A stretch of 63,751 nucleotides of DNA, the filler included, from Dimargaris cristalligena (lineage: Eukaryota): the NCBI GenBank assembly GCA_003614675.1. It is 28 parts of 28 records of this genome, joined end to end, with 100 filler letters (N's around TTAATTAATTAA, not from the genome) between each part and the next. Parts side by side here need not be neighbours in the genome. Positions count along the whole stretch, not along the records: positions 11,448 to 13,653 come from ML004307.1; positions 13,754 to 15,958 come from ML004308.1; positions 16,059 to 18,263 come from ML004309.1; positions 18,364 to 20,562 come from ML004310.1; positions 20,663 to 22,746 come from ML004311.1; positions 22,847 to 25,039 come from ML004312.1; 22 more parts are not named here. One strand, written 5' to 3'. Positions 11,448-23,227 of this stretch are shown piece after piece. The position numbers and the translations under genes were made by a program. How positions within the stretch are numbered: position 1 is the stretch's first letter; each line of letters opens with the position of its first letter. The notes under the pieces were generated by a model. It had not been told where the DNA came from and ran no database searches. It saw nothing but the letters and a program-made list of their open reading frames with translations.

Positions 11448-12905
11448 CAATTAGCCGCGGAGAACAGCCAGAATCCCATCGCCATGTGGAACCTGGGCTG
11501 GATGCACGAAAACGGTCTGGGGGTACCTCGCGATTTCCACATGGCCCTGCGCTGCTACGAGCGGGCCGCTCTAACCTATCCCAGGGGGTCATTCCCGGTA
11601 ACCCTCTCCATCATCCAACTGGCGGTTAAGTACTACTGGGCGTGGATTCGCGGGGAGGATGTCGGAACGCGTTCGCTCTTCTTCGGCTCGGACGGAGCGG
11701 AGGATCAGGCGGGCGAAGGAGGGTATACGGGCCTACCCCCGAACCACGACATCGAAGACGATAGGGAGGTCGCCCAGGGGGGCCAGGCTCAGCAACCGCC
11801 CGCCCAGGGAGTCCCCGACCGTACACCGGGTGGTGGAGAAGCGTCCACCACGCTGGTTAACCCAGTGGGATTCCCGCCGGTGGACGACCAACCACTCGGC
11901 TGGCGTAACCCCTTCGGCTACATCGATCCCCAGCGCGGGTATTATCCCAATGATCAGGTTATTGAAGAAATGGAGGCCCACCGTCGACAGCAGCGCCAGG
12001 AGTATATCCACCGCGCCGGACTCGATGATCCCATGGGCGGTTTTGAACGCGATAATGACGAGGCCGAATTCCGAACCGGTCGACTGGGTCAGGACCATGA
12101 GCTGGAGTTGAACGAGGATACCTGGTTAGAGAATTTGGTTATTTTTGGCCTGTGTGCTCTGGTGGGTTGGATGATGTACGTACGACAAAATCGATTTGGC
12201 CATAATAATAATAATAATAATAATATGGCGGCTGACATGAATAACCGGCGGTTCAACCGACCCAACGCGAACGCCAATGCCAAGCCGGCCGCCAATGGAA
12301 ACGCCAACTCCGAAACTCCTCGTACTGCCCGACCCGGTCCCATGAACCCGGGCCAGACTGGAGATCAGCAAGCCAATGTTTTTCGCCAACGCCGCCAATT
12401 CACTACTACATTTATCGACGACGACGATGAGGAAATTCTGCTTGGCAATGGTGGTCCTAGCCGGACTGTCACCACGGCGCTGACCAGCCTCGACTCGGAC
12501 GGTTCTCTGTCGATTATCACGACCCCTTCGCTTTCCCCCGAGTCGTCGGATTTGGAGGTAGACCACGAGGAGAATGACGACAACCTGCCCTTAGCGTCGC
12601 TGATCTTACCCGGCACCGAAGGTGAGCTAGTCGGCGAAGCTCCTACCGACTCCTCAAACGAACTTAACCAAGTCGTTCCCGATCTCCAATTAGTGCCCAA
12701 GCCAGTCGGTGATGAAGAAGGGGAAGACGCTGATGCCGTGCCTACTTCGACCGGCCAACCAGCCGAATCAAATTCATTGTCGGTCACTGAATCCGAGGCA
12801 CTGCCCCTTCCCGAAGCATCCCTTGAACCTGCCCAGGCCGTGGTCGAGTCCCCGGCTCCTTCTGAGCCATCATCTAAACAGGACTCGCCAAAGGACCTCG
12901 AATGA
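11448..12905 (+). CDS. HRD3: ERAD component Hrd3/SEL1L, C-terminal part (last SEL1 repeat, TM helix, long acidic tail)
   Basis: AMWNLGWMHENGLGVPRDFHMALRCYERA followed by FPVTLSIIQL; TM LENLVIFGLCALVGWMMYVRQ. Confidence 0.82.
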   Translation, partial: QLAAENSQNPIAMWNLGWMHENGLGVPRDFHMALRCYERAALTYPRGSFPVTLSIIQLAVKYYWAWIRGEDVGTRSLFFGSDGAEDQAGEGGYTGLPPNHDIEDDREVAQGGQAQQPPAQGVPDRTPGGGEASTTLVNPVGFPPVDDQPLGWRNPFGYIDPQRGYYPNDQVIEEMEAHRRQQRQEYIHRAGLDDPMGGFERDNDEAEFRTGRLGQDHELELNEDTWLENLVIFGLCALVGWMMYVRQNRFGHNNNNNNNMAADMNNRRFNRPNANANAKPAANGNANSETPRTARPGPMNPGQTGDQQANVFRQRRQFTTTFIDDDDEEILLGNGGPSRTVTTALTSLDSDGSLSIITTPSLSPESSDLEVDHEENDDNLPLASLILPGTEGELVGEAPTDSSNELNQVVPDLQLVPKPVGDEEGEDADAVPTSTGQPAESNSLSVTESEALPLPEASLEPAQAVVESPAPSEPSSKQDSPKDLE

Positions 12906-13580
12906 ACGTTGTCATCACTTTGCACTACCCAATGACCATAAATTAGGGAGAACGGCTTCGGGCATTTGTTTGCTTACAGCAATTTCGTTCATTTCTACTG
13001 TAGTTACCGGCGATACTTTTAAGGGTATCGTTGCTTCACCCGCTTCTCCCAACTGCCACTTCCAGCGTATGATTCTTGACCCGTTTTTGGGATCAATATA
13101 CATTCGTACATTCGGGCTTTGTATCTCCAATCTCTTCGTTTTCGTTTTCGTTTTCTATTTTTATTTATTATTGTTATTACCTTATGTTTATCGCACTTCT
13201 ACTGCCATTCACCCGTTCACCCTATATTATGCCACTCGGCTTTAGATGAATTCAAAATACATAGCACGTTTCCCATTTGTAGTTTTATTGGGGGAGTTCT
13301 TTATGGACCTTGTCCATTGGCGTGGTCAATTATTCCTGTCGTCTGATGTCCTTTGTGACCTTTTACTGGTAAATGGCACGGATCAGTGTCAGGAAGATTT
13401 AACTTATCTTGGTAAAGGGCTGTGAGTCAAATGGTGCCAATTTGAGGTGAAAAATTCACTCTAACCGATTATCCCCATTATTACTACTTGGGGTTAAAGG
13501 GATATCTTATGCCGATATGTATATGGCTTATGTCTGGACCCAATAGGCCAATCTAAGGAATAGCTGGCTATTAGACCATA

Positions 13581-13653
13581 CGGGAGAAGTTCATCCAAGC
13601 TGTATAACGAAAAATCCATTAGATTCGGCCAATATTACTAGTTAAAAATACAT
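13581..13653 (+). repeat. Repeat family C terminus (TA|CGGGAGAAGTTCATCCAAGCTGTATAAC), probable DNA-transposon TIR
   Basis: Related copies near 15702, 36104, 46235, 55482 (reversed), 55901 and 56199; several are preceded by TA (Tc1/mariner-like). Confidence 0.65.
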
Positions 13654-14115
13654 NNNNNNNNNNNNNNNNNNNNNNNNNNNNNNNNNNNNNNNNNNNNTTA
13701 ATTAATTAANNNNNNNNNNNNNNNNNNNNNNNNNNNNNNNNNNNNNNNNNNNNAATGAAGATGTTTTATTCAGGTTGCGATTTGAAGGGGTATTTATACC
13801 CTGAAAATATTGGGCAGTAAATATAATAGATGATTCTATCTACGCTGGTTCTGCTATTGTATACTTCAGATAAAAGGTAAATACGCTGCACTAATGATAT
13901 ATAAAGAGATGAATGAAAACAGAAAGTGATAAACGAAATATAACTATGATATAGAAGGTGATAAATGGATATAGCTATGATATGACATTGCAATTGATAA
14001 ACTAAGCTAAATATAGTAAAACGGTAGTAATTTGATTAATGGACGTTAGGTACATCATCGGTGACATCACCAAAGCTTAAGGGTGTTCAGTACCTGTCAC
14101 AACAACACTATATAG

Positions 14116-14198
14116 GGGCAGATGGCCGAGCGGTCTAAGGCGCTGCGTTCAGGTCGCAGTCTACTTTGTAGGCGTGGGTTCGAATCCCACTCTGCTCA
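14116..14198 (+). tRNA. tRNA-Leu (CAG), intronless, long variable arm
   Basis: Acceptor GGGCAGA/TCTGCTC, D arm TGGCCGAGCGGTCTAAGGC, anticodon arm CTGCG-TTCAGGT-CGCAG, GGTTCGAATCC, downstream oligo-T terminator. Confidence 0.96.
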
Positions 14199-14468
14199 TT
14201 TTTTTTGCTCCTTTAAAGGTACGACGGGTAAGTCAGAGATGGCTTGCTCTCAATTAGGCTTTGAGAAACAGTACCATTGTGTATTATCATTAATAGATGT
14301 CATCAACGTTTGTTATTTTATTAGCGCTACTTATTATGCTGAATGGACAAGTCCACTGTTTACAATGACTGAGAGTCATCATGCACATGTGAAAAGAACA
14401 TGGCATAGATAAAATTTTGACTGGAAAAATAGAATAAACCACTAGGGTCGGCTAGTAGGAAGGAATAA

Positions 14469-14600
14469 AAGAAGGAGAAAGATATAGAAATAAATTTTTG
14501 CATGAAAATTTCTCCTTTCTACTTCAGGGAAAGTAATATTTTTATGGATTTTTTTTTTCTTTCCCCTCTATTAACATAATGAGTTTTTTAAAATGAATTT
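14469..14600 (+). repeat. Repeat family D segment; second copy at 45631-45758
   Basis: Shared AGAAGGAGAAAGAT...GGGAAAGTAATATTTTTA...TTCCCCTCTATTAACATAATGAG. Confidence 0.7.
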
Positions 14601-15868
14601 AGTATTTTTTCCCCTAATTTAGGGGCAAAATAGTGATGAAGACCATGAAATAAAATAGGTTAGGGCTATCCACTTTATGATGGGGAAAAACTTGGGATCC
14701 TCGTAACTGCAAAAGTGACACACTCAGGTCAAGGGGACAATATTGTGGCTGTAATGGATAGAAAAATACCAGTGTATACTTATTCAAAATTTGGTTTATT
14801 AAGATATAGGGAGCCCGTGATAGCATGTTTTATCCTATTTTATATACTGGATTCATTGGTGTGACTAGTTTGGTTAGTAGCTGGTCACACTACCTGCTTG
14901 GCAACTCATTCTCATTGGTGGGCTAAGTGACCACCCAGCCTCTGGGTATTTGGACCTGTCTTGTGGTGGCCAAAGGGTAGGCTTCTCTGGAATGGGTGAG
15001 GGGAAGAACCTATTATAATCACTTGTGCCCTTTTTCTTATGCTGGAGAACTGGATATTGGGTCTATATTTTAGGGTGTTTCTAAGAGGCTTGCCACAGTG
15101 CTGTAATTCAACAGAGCCTTATTTAACTATACCATGGTAAAAAGCCATGTAGGTATGTATGAAACCCAATACAGTTGTACAGGGTTTATAATGGAATGCA
15201 AAGGGCCAGTTAGGTTGTGGTGATATCTTTTTACTTATAAAGCCCAGCTCAATGACCCAGTGATTTTTCATATGGGACAACTGAGCCTATCCCATGTGGA
15301 AGTTGCAGTAAAACCACTCACTATATCTTCTAACAACCCTTGTTAAAACCAAATGAATTGGCTAAAGGGTAAGGTTTTGCAGAATAGACTTATACTTACT
15401 AAGACTATTCACCCTTTCCATCCACTGGGTAACACAAGTAAAGTTGCTTTGATCTACAGTGACCACTTACCCACAAGCTATGCCCAGCTCCTCCTCTATT
15501 ACCCTAACAACCTTGCCTAAGTTGATTACTAATGAATAACTAATAGTTCTTTGGAGACTGTAATAAATGACCTAACTTAATAATGATAAATGTACCACTT
15601 TATGTAGATTAAGGGCTGCTATACCTGCCCATTATCAGCTGGGCTATCAATAATAAAGCTATGAAAATATATATAATAAACAAAAAGTGGTTACAGAAAA
15701 ACATGGAAGTTTACCCAAGCTGTATAACAAAAAATCCATTAGATAAGGCCAATTATTGGCCCTCCTAATCTGACTTAATCTGGACTTAATAATCATCCAT
15801 CCTTATTAGGCCTTATAGTGCCATATTAACCCTCCCATAGTCACCCCTAGTACTATGGGATTGTCATC

Positions 15869-15958
15869 TGTGGTGAACTTACCACATTTTTTACCTACTT
15901 TTATTTTTTATCTATTTTTCGCACTTATCGGAAGTATGCCCCTGACGAGTGAATGAGC
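15869..15958 (+). repeat. Repeat family A terminus, nested in an LTR-B fragment (15758-15868)
   Basis: Near-identical to 9059-9149. Confidence 0.85.
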
Positions 15959-17792
15959 NNNNNNNNNNNNNNNNNNNNNNNNNNNNNNNNNNNNNNNNNN
16001 NNTTAATTAATTAANNNNNNNNNNNNNNNNNNNNNNNNNNNNNNNNNNNNNNNNNNNNTTCTAGACCCAACAATACCCGTCGGACTCTCACCAGGATGCT
16101 GCAGCTGCATGGACGGGTTTGGCGAAGGAATCAGGAGAGTCGGGACTAGTAGCAGCTTACTAAAGTATGCCGAAATCACCTCCCCGAAAGTACCAAGAAA
16201 CCGGGGAACTAAAGATAGTTCAGGTGGGATGAATCATACGCCCAAAAAACCATCTGCGGCCTAGGCGTTTTCGCTTGTTACAACACTCTTAATGGGTAAT
16301 GAAAGGCAGTCGGAGTGGTGGCTATTCATAATGGTACCGCGTAAATATAGAACCGGCCGTACATTATATTGTCCCAATTATTCCAAGCACAATTGGTGCT
16401 GCAGTACAGCGAGTGTGACGATGCGCCACTGCTGTGTTACTATAGGTTGTTTAGTACCAACCAGCTTAGTTTGCGATGTCAACTCAATGGGGACCCTTTT
16501 GAACGCCAGGTATCCAATGCGAGTAATGCTGGAATGGAGGCTGATGCGTCGTCATCTATCAATATCTGGTTTTGTCTAAGTCTGGGCGGCGGTCCAATGA
16601 AGTGCGCAATGCCCCACTAGTGCAAGGACATGTGCATTGGGCGTTAAGAAAATTACTCTAAACATGTTAGAGATGAATTGGGTGGTGGGTCATGCGGCAA
16701 TGCAGTACCTAAATAGTTTGTCCGCCGCTGAACATGTGCTAGCTTACTTGTGCTATCTCGATTGTGTAAATACTATATAGAGAAGAAAAACGACTAAGCA
16801 GCTGATTGTTTGCCTTGGCTAAACTATGGAACCCCTTAATGGGCTTACGTTCGGGTGGCGCAATCAAAGTGTATTATGGAGTTTGAGCGTCGACTTGGTC
16901 ATTATAACCAAATGTTGCTAAATTGACGACTCGCTCCATTGTTTAGTCGTTATTATTTTCATTCCAATGGTGAAAACAATCAGTCATGGTGTTTACTGGT
17001 TTTTTTTACAGTGTGCAATATTGACCCTCAATTGAGTTTCACACTACGCTTTATTTTTTGTGGTGTATCTAAATCTCTTCTGGTCCCATTGGTTTCTATT
17101 AATTCCTACCGACTATTGCTCACGGTATCTCTCCACTAAATTTGTCATTTTCTAAAGTCAGTTGGTCGGTGCATAGGTTGAAAAGAAGTGTCAGCATGTC
17201 TATTGTGGAGCTATAAATCAAAAGAATAAACTGAACGACCTATTGGCGTAAGCTAGTTGTTCTGGCTTAGAAAATAAATATAGGAAGTGTGGGTCCTAAT
17301 AAAATGCGAAAAAAAATATATCAAACGAGTTATAATAATAGGTGTATGATGGTAGCTAAAAGCTATATGAAATGCAGGTATAAAGCACCTTTCATTGTAG
17401 GGGATTGGCGAAGAGCCTTTGAAATGGGGTCAAACCTGGAAGGAAGGGTCAAGTATTCCCCTTAAACTAGTGACATCATCAGTTGCGGAGGAGTGCGCCA
17501 TTCCACCCTACTTTCAGGCATAAAGTCGCCAACAGGTTCAAAATTTCACCACCAATCTGAAGAAATATATTATTCATTGATAACCAATATAGGTGCATAT
17601 GGATATGAATATTTGTAAGAATAACGGCAGAGTCTTACGTGGACTGCCTCCGGCAAATAAATATAGAATACATATAATTGAAATGCTAGCTATACCAATG
17701 TGGGATAGTGGTACTAAAACGTATGTAATATATGTGAAATGTCCTTGGGATTATAATAAAACGGTAATAAATAGAGAAATGTAGCAGCATTA

Positions 17793-18263
17793 CTAGGCGG
17801 GTCGGTTAGTTTTGCCACTCAGATTGAGATACTTGGCTTCACCTGAAGTGGCTTCAACGGAAACCGTGGTGGTCATACGGGATAGGGGTACTACAGGATC
17901 GCTGAAAATGGGTTTCATGGTAGAGCGTTTGATCCACTTATAAATCTCACTGATACAGATAAATACCAGGACCGAAACGACCAGAATACCCCATTCCCAA
18001 GAAATGGGTTTTTGTTTGAACACCTGGGTGTTCACTACCGGAATGTACAGAGTAGGGAACACGATGAGACTGCAACCGAGGACGGAGTAGGCTAGGTAGC
18101 GGTTACCCAAAAACTGCTCGCGCCAGCCCGACGCGTCGGCCCGCCACCAGCCCCACCATATGGCAGCCCGTAGGTCACGACAATTAAAGGCGTGGAACAG
18201 GATCAGGTAAGTCAGCGTGGCGAACAAGGTGCCGCGGGCGCGGAACACGGTATCGCAACTATC
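17793..18263 (-). CDS. P-type IID (ENA-like Na+/K+) ATPase, C-terminal part
   Basis: CDTVFRARGTLFATLTYLILFHAFNCRDLR, FPTLYIPVVNTQVFKQKPISWEWG, EIYKWIKR. Confidence 0.85.
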   Translation of the reverse strand, partial: DSCDTVFRARGTLFATLTYLILFHAFNCRDLRAAIWWGWWRADASGWREQFLGNRYLAYSVLGCSLIVFPTLYIPVVNTQVFKQKPISWEWGILVVSVLVFICISEIYKWIKRSTMKPIFSDPVVPLSRMTTTVSVEATSGEAKYLNLSGKTNRPA

Positions 18264-18363
18264 NNNNNNNNNNNNNNNNNNNNNNNNNNNNNNNNNNNNN
18301 NNNNNNNTTAATTAATTAANNNNNNNNNNNNNNNNNNNNNNNNNNNNNNNNNNNNNNNNNNNN

Positions 18364-19646
18364 TTTACCTAGGGGTTCCTTTCCTTACCTCTGGCCTATC
18401 TACTAATACTCTCCTGGACTACCTTACCCCTAAGGTTATCAAGAGGCTCTCTGCTTTCTCCCACATTGGTCTTAACAAATCTGGCTTTAACCTCCACCTT
18501 AGTTCCAGGCTCTATACTTCCCTTATCAGACCAGTTATGGAGTATGGCCTAGCTATCTCTAGCTGGAATGATAGCCAACTGAAAAAGTTGGAAAGGATAT
18601 AAGGGTCCTGCCTGAGAATGCTGGTTGGGGCCTATAAATCTGCTTCCACTTCTGTCCTTAGACATATTTCACACCTTCCACCCATGGCCATTAGGGTAGA
18701 GACCCTTACTGCCAAGTATTGCCTTAGATATAATTCCTTGCCACCTGATTCCCTTTTACACCTTCTTGCCTCTGTCCTGCATACTACTAGATATGCTAGT
18801 GACCTTTCCAAATCTCCTCTTTTTTGTTCTCTGCCTCCTGACCCTTTAGCTAAGGATGTCAGGGCTGCTATCCAGACTGCTAGGGTAGCCCACTATAACT
18901 CATTGATCCCCAAACAAGTCCTCCTCAAGGCTTGCAGACCCCCTCTGGGAGTTGATCCCATACTGTACCTTCCCTCTACTAGATTAGAGAAGAGAAGAAT
19001 GCTGAGGTGGAGGTTGAACTGGCTACCTGGTACTCCCTGCCCCTGCCCCTGTGGTACTGATGAGACCAAGAGGAGACACTTCCCCTTCTGCCCTGAAATT
19101 CCCCAGACCCTCTGGCAATCCCTGCCACCCCATCCTGAGGGGGTAAACCCCCTAGACCATGCCCTTTCCTCCTTGCCTAAGTCCTCTAAGTATCCCTGTG
19201 CCTACTGGCAACCCATACTGGCTATCCTGCTCCTTATTGAGAGGCTATGCTGGCCCAACCTGGACTTCCCTGATGAAGACTCTGGATCCATCTGGACCTC
19301 CTCCCTGGCCTCTAGACTACCTACTCCTTCCCCTGCTATTTAGGCTAGTTACTTAGTTTTATTACTATCATTTTTCTACCTTGGTAGTGACCTTGTCCTG
19401 TGGCCCCCCTCCTTACTGACAAAAATAATAACCCCTGTCCAGCTAAGTGGGTTGTTTATTATAAGGGCCTGGTTTCTTCCCAGGGTCTGTTCATTATTCT
19501 ACCTCCTGTCTTTTCCCTCTACATCTGTAGCTTTTGAGGGTTTTTGAGCTATCTATCCTTTAATATGTTCCCTGTGGATAGTAAATTATGACCAAAAGGT
19601 CACCTACCTTAGATTCACTTTAAATAGAACTCTACTTTATCTGAGT
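18364..19646 (+). mobile_element. Non-LTR retrotransposon (LINE) copy 1: RT thumb/C-terminal region (one in-frame TAA at 18600; stop at 19343) plus 3' UTR
   Basis: YLGVPF, LYTSLIRPVMEYGL, RWRLNWLPGTPCPCPCG...RRHFPFC; highly similar to 30405-31690. Confidence 0.88.
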
Positions 19647-20307
19647 TATTCTTGGATATATTATGTTATAATGTTATGAAATTACTGCTGACACCTCTGA
19701 CATTACCTGGTCCTGGTTTTCAAGCCTGTCAATAATGTCAGGTCTCAATTGTACAACCAGTTAACTAATATTGATACCCATAATATCATTATTCCCTGGA
19801 CCTTGATTAAAGCTAATGGACCTCAGCCTCCTCAGGAATATATTCCTTAAACTCATTCTTATCAAATAAATGCTTAGTTATTATCCTATTTACAACTCCG
19901 GTTTTATACTTTAGCATTTATAATTATTGACATAACTATATTATATTAAGCTCAGTCTGAGAATAACATAACAGTAGCTGAACTAGGATGGTACTAATGA
20001 CCCTATCAATATAGTGATTAAACTTTCTGTAGTCCTGGACCTTCCCTCTAAAAGAGGATGAGCTCTGAGAGTTTCACCATTCCTTTAGTATTTAAATATT
20101 TATTTGCAGTATATTTTCACTATCCATCTCTTGGTCAAGATTACAAATATTATGACTACATACCTCAGGTACACAATAGTCCTCCATTAACATATTCATA
20201 TAATTGTGGTAGTAATTGTTAGCTCTTCTAATCTGACTTAATCCAGGTGTAGTGATCATCCATCCTGACTGGGCCATATAGTGCCATATGTAACTTCCCA
20301 TAGTCTC

Positions 20308-20510
20308 TGTAAAGAACTGAACTTAAATCCTTGAAAACTAAACTTTATTCGAAAAAATAGGTGATAAAAAGAGAAAGGTGATGATTGACTTGCTGTTCCA
20401 AGAGGTGGTTGCAAGTGGGAGTATTTATACTTGAAAGAGGAAGCCTAAATGAAAAGATAGATAGATAATAGAGAAAGGGAGAGAAAGTCCCAGAATATTG
20501 GATGACTAAG
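20308..20510 (-). repeat. LTR family F terminus (TGTAAAGAACTGAAC...); copies at 27432-27486 and 59041-59205
   Basis: Shared TG/CA-bounded terminus with AATAAA on the minus strand; here flanked by an LTR-B fragment and family A. Confidence 0.7.
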
Positions 20511-20562
20511 TGTGGTGAACTTACCACATTTTTTACCTACTTTTATTTTTTATCTATTTTTT
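20511..20562 (+). repeat. Repeat family A terminus
   Basis: TGTGGTGAACTTACCACATTTTTTACCTAC. Confidence 0.85.
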
Positions 20563-23227
20563 NNNNNNNNNNNNNNNNNNNNNNNNNNNNNNNNNNNNNN
20601 NNNNNNTTAATTAATTAANNNNNNNNNNNNNNNNNNNNNNNNNNNNNNNNNNNNNNNNNNNNATCTGGTAAAGGATTGGCGTCGATGTGACTTAATTCGC
20701 TATTCCATAGGTTAAACATATGAGTAGCCAATTCACCCGAATATATCCTTGCCAATTAATGAGTCGTTTTAATAGGCCAAATACGGCCCTCTCGGGTTAG
20801 ATCCTTCCAGCGAAGTAGGCCGCACTCAGATTTCGCACCGCAAAGAGTGTTCCCCGAGTTCGCTTGTCACAAGTCGACTATAATAGCTGCCAATTATGAC
20901 AAGACAGCCTCTACCCGCAGTTAGGCGAATAAGCCAAACATGAATAGCTCTCTATTTCTGATTAAACGGTAAAGATTAACATACACCATGAATTATTTAA
21001 GTAGTAAATCAATGGCTCAGCTTCTCAATCACCATTAGCGGTTCTTCCTTAAAATAGATTACTCAATGTGCAAGGAGGGGGGAGGGCGCAAGCCCAGTGG
21101 CGGATCATTGATGGATACACCTCATTTTCCAGCCCGATAGTCACTAAATATTCTTCAGAGTTACCCTTTGTAGTATATTAATTACTTTTCCCCCTTCCCC
21201 CCACTCTAAAGAGCAAGATGGCCCCTAAATGATCCCATCAGTATATGTCCAAGGGATGAGTGTGATCCTCGCTTAGGACTATGAGGCTGATTTCCAAATA
21301 ATAAAATGGACCAGTGCGTGTAATGTTAATTAAACATAAGTGCGCTAACTTAAATAGATTTCCACTATAGAATGGGGTGTGAAAAGAGGCCGGAGTGGCA
21401 TGCTTAGGATAAAGCCCCCAAGATGGCGTGGCTCTGAGACGTATATTGGGCAGCGGATGGGGCGCTTCGCAAACAGAGGTTAGAGGGTGCCCACAGGTTT
21501 GGCACAGAGCAGAAAGAGTGCAATAGAAGGGAACGCCCTCCATGAGCCGTAATATAAGCGCTTTGAATAGGGGGAGCAAATGGCGCTCTACATTGGTTAC
21601 TTCATGGGTGGGGTATATGTAATGCTGGGCGGCCCCACATGTGATGTGCCAGGCTAGGAGAGATGTGCGGTTGACGCACCGCCTATCTCAGGCTGCTTCG
21701 CCGCCTTGGCTGAGGTTCCCAACGCGAAAGGTTTCGGGATGTTCAGGGACGCGGATTAGGTGGTCTCGAAGGTAATGTAGCTCATAGTAGACGTAGGCTA
21801 TAAACGTAGGAAACAAGAAAATCGAATTGCTAAAGGGCTCAAAAATAATACTAGCGAAAATAATAGCGATTTTATTGAAAAATGTGTAATGGTATCGAGT
21901 AGAAAATTTGAGCTTCAATTGGTAGACGATTTTTTGTTTACTTCGCAGGATTCCATCGTTTTTATATGCAATTGCGAAACAATATGAACATGCTAGTTAC
22001 GTTTGCAAAAGTAGGTATAAACAAATTGGTAATATACTATGCCGGTTAAATTCGTTGGCAATACATCAACGATAAAAGAATTGCAAAATTATTAATCATA
22101 GTGGTGATATAAAAGAAATCCGTCGCTATTGATGTTGATATGATAAACTGCACCAAATATATAACTGATGAATGAGCCATGCGCGGGGTATAATATCAAC
22201 CGCTAGCAATCAGTCATGTCATTCCGGACGGCACTAGATATAGGCCACTGTTCAAATTATTAAGTTGTCCCAGATCGCTGCCATAAAATGCCATGAAGCT
22301 ACCGATATTTTCCAGCTACCCAAGAATTTTATACTGGCCATTTTTTCGCCAGAGGGGTGTATAGCTAGCTAGTCAGGTATGATACTAAGGCCCCAATTCC
22401 TTTGCAAAACAATATTCTGCGTCGTATTTCTAGTAAATATAATTATAAATTACTCATGAATATTTCGTACTTTATTAAATAGCTAGTATATTGCTAGTTC
22501 AAATGGAACTAGACGACGCTAAATATATTTAAGTCATAAATGTGATTAATAAGCATTCCTGGGTATAAGCTTTGTCAAATAACTAGGGGTACTAGCATAC
22601 CCATAAAGGCCCCATGGTTTTATTGCTGCTACTGAAGGTCAATTTGTACATCCCAGCTTTCAGAAGTAACCAAGTAGCCACTTTATAACAGCTTGTGTGT
22701 TTTATCTTGGGGCAGTGTCAGCCCTTCTAATCTACCTTAATCCAGANNNNNNNNNNNNNNNNNNNNNNNNNNNNNNNNNNNNNNNNNNNNTTAATTAATT
22801 AANNNNNNNNNNNNNNNNNNNNNNNNNNNNNNNNNNNNNNNNNNNNAGGGCGGGAGTGTGTGTGTGTGCGTCTACACCGTCGACAACGCCAAATGCGATA
22901 ATGATAGCGGCAACAAGCAGTGGCAGTGGCAGCAGTGACGGTGGCCTAGACCGTCAAGCAGCGAGATGGTATGTAGGAAAAGTAGAAAAGAGGAAAATGA
23001 AGCGTGCGTGTGTGTGCATGGCTTATTTGCCATAATGATGATGTGCGTGATTTACCTCACATGCACACCCATCGCTGGTCATTGCCTCATGAAATGAGAA
23101 TACCAAACAGGGAGAGCAAGCATGCCTTGGCTTCCTTGTTCTCCTCCTTCCCACTACTACCGCCACCACCACCGCTACTACTACCACCACCGTCTATTGC
23201 ATTCTTCTAGCGCCATACTACTTCGAC

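Noticed and set aside
14199-14600. tRNA-targeted insertion of repeat D
   Set aside because: Single instance ~270 bp downstream; the second copy gives no supporting context
21640-21790. GC-rich stretch considered as 5.8S, SRP or RNase MRP RNA
   Set aside because: No diagnostic conserved motifs recognised
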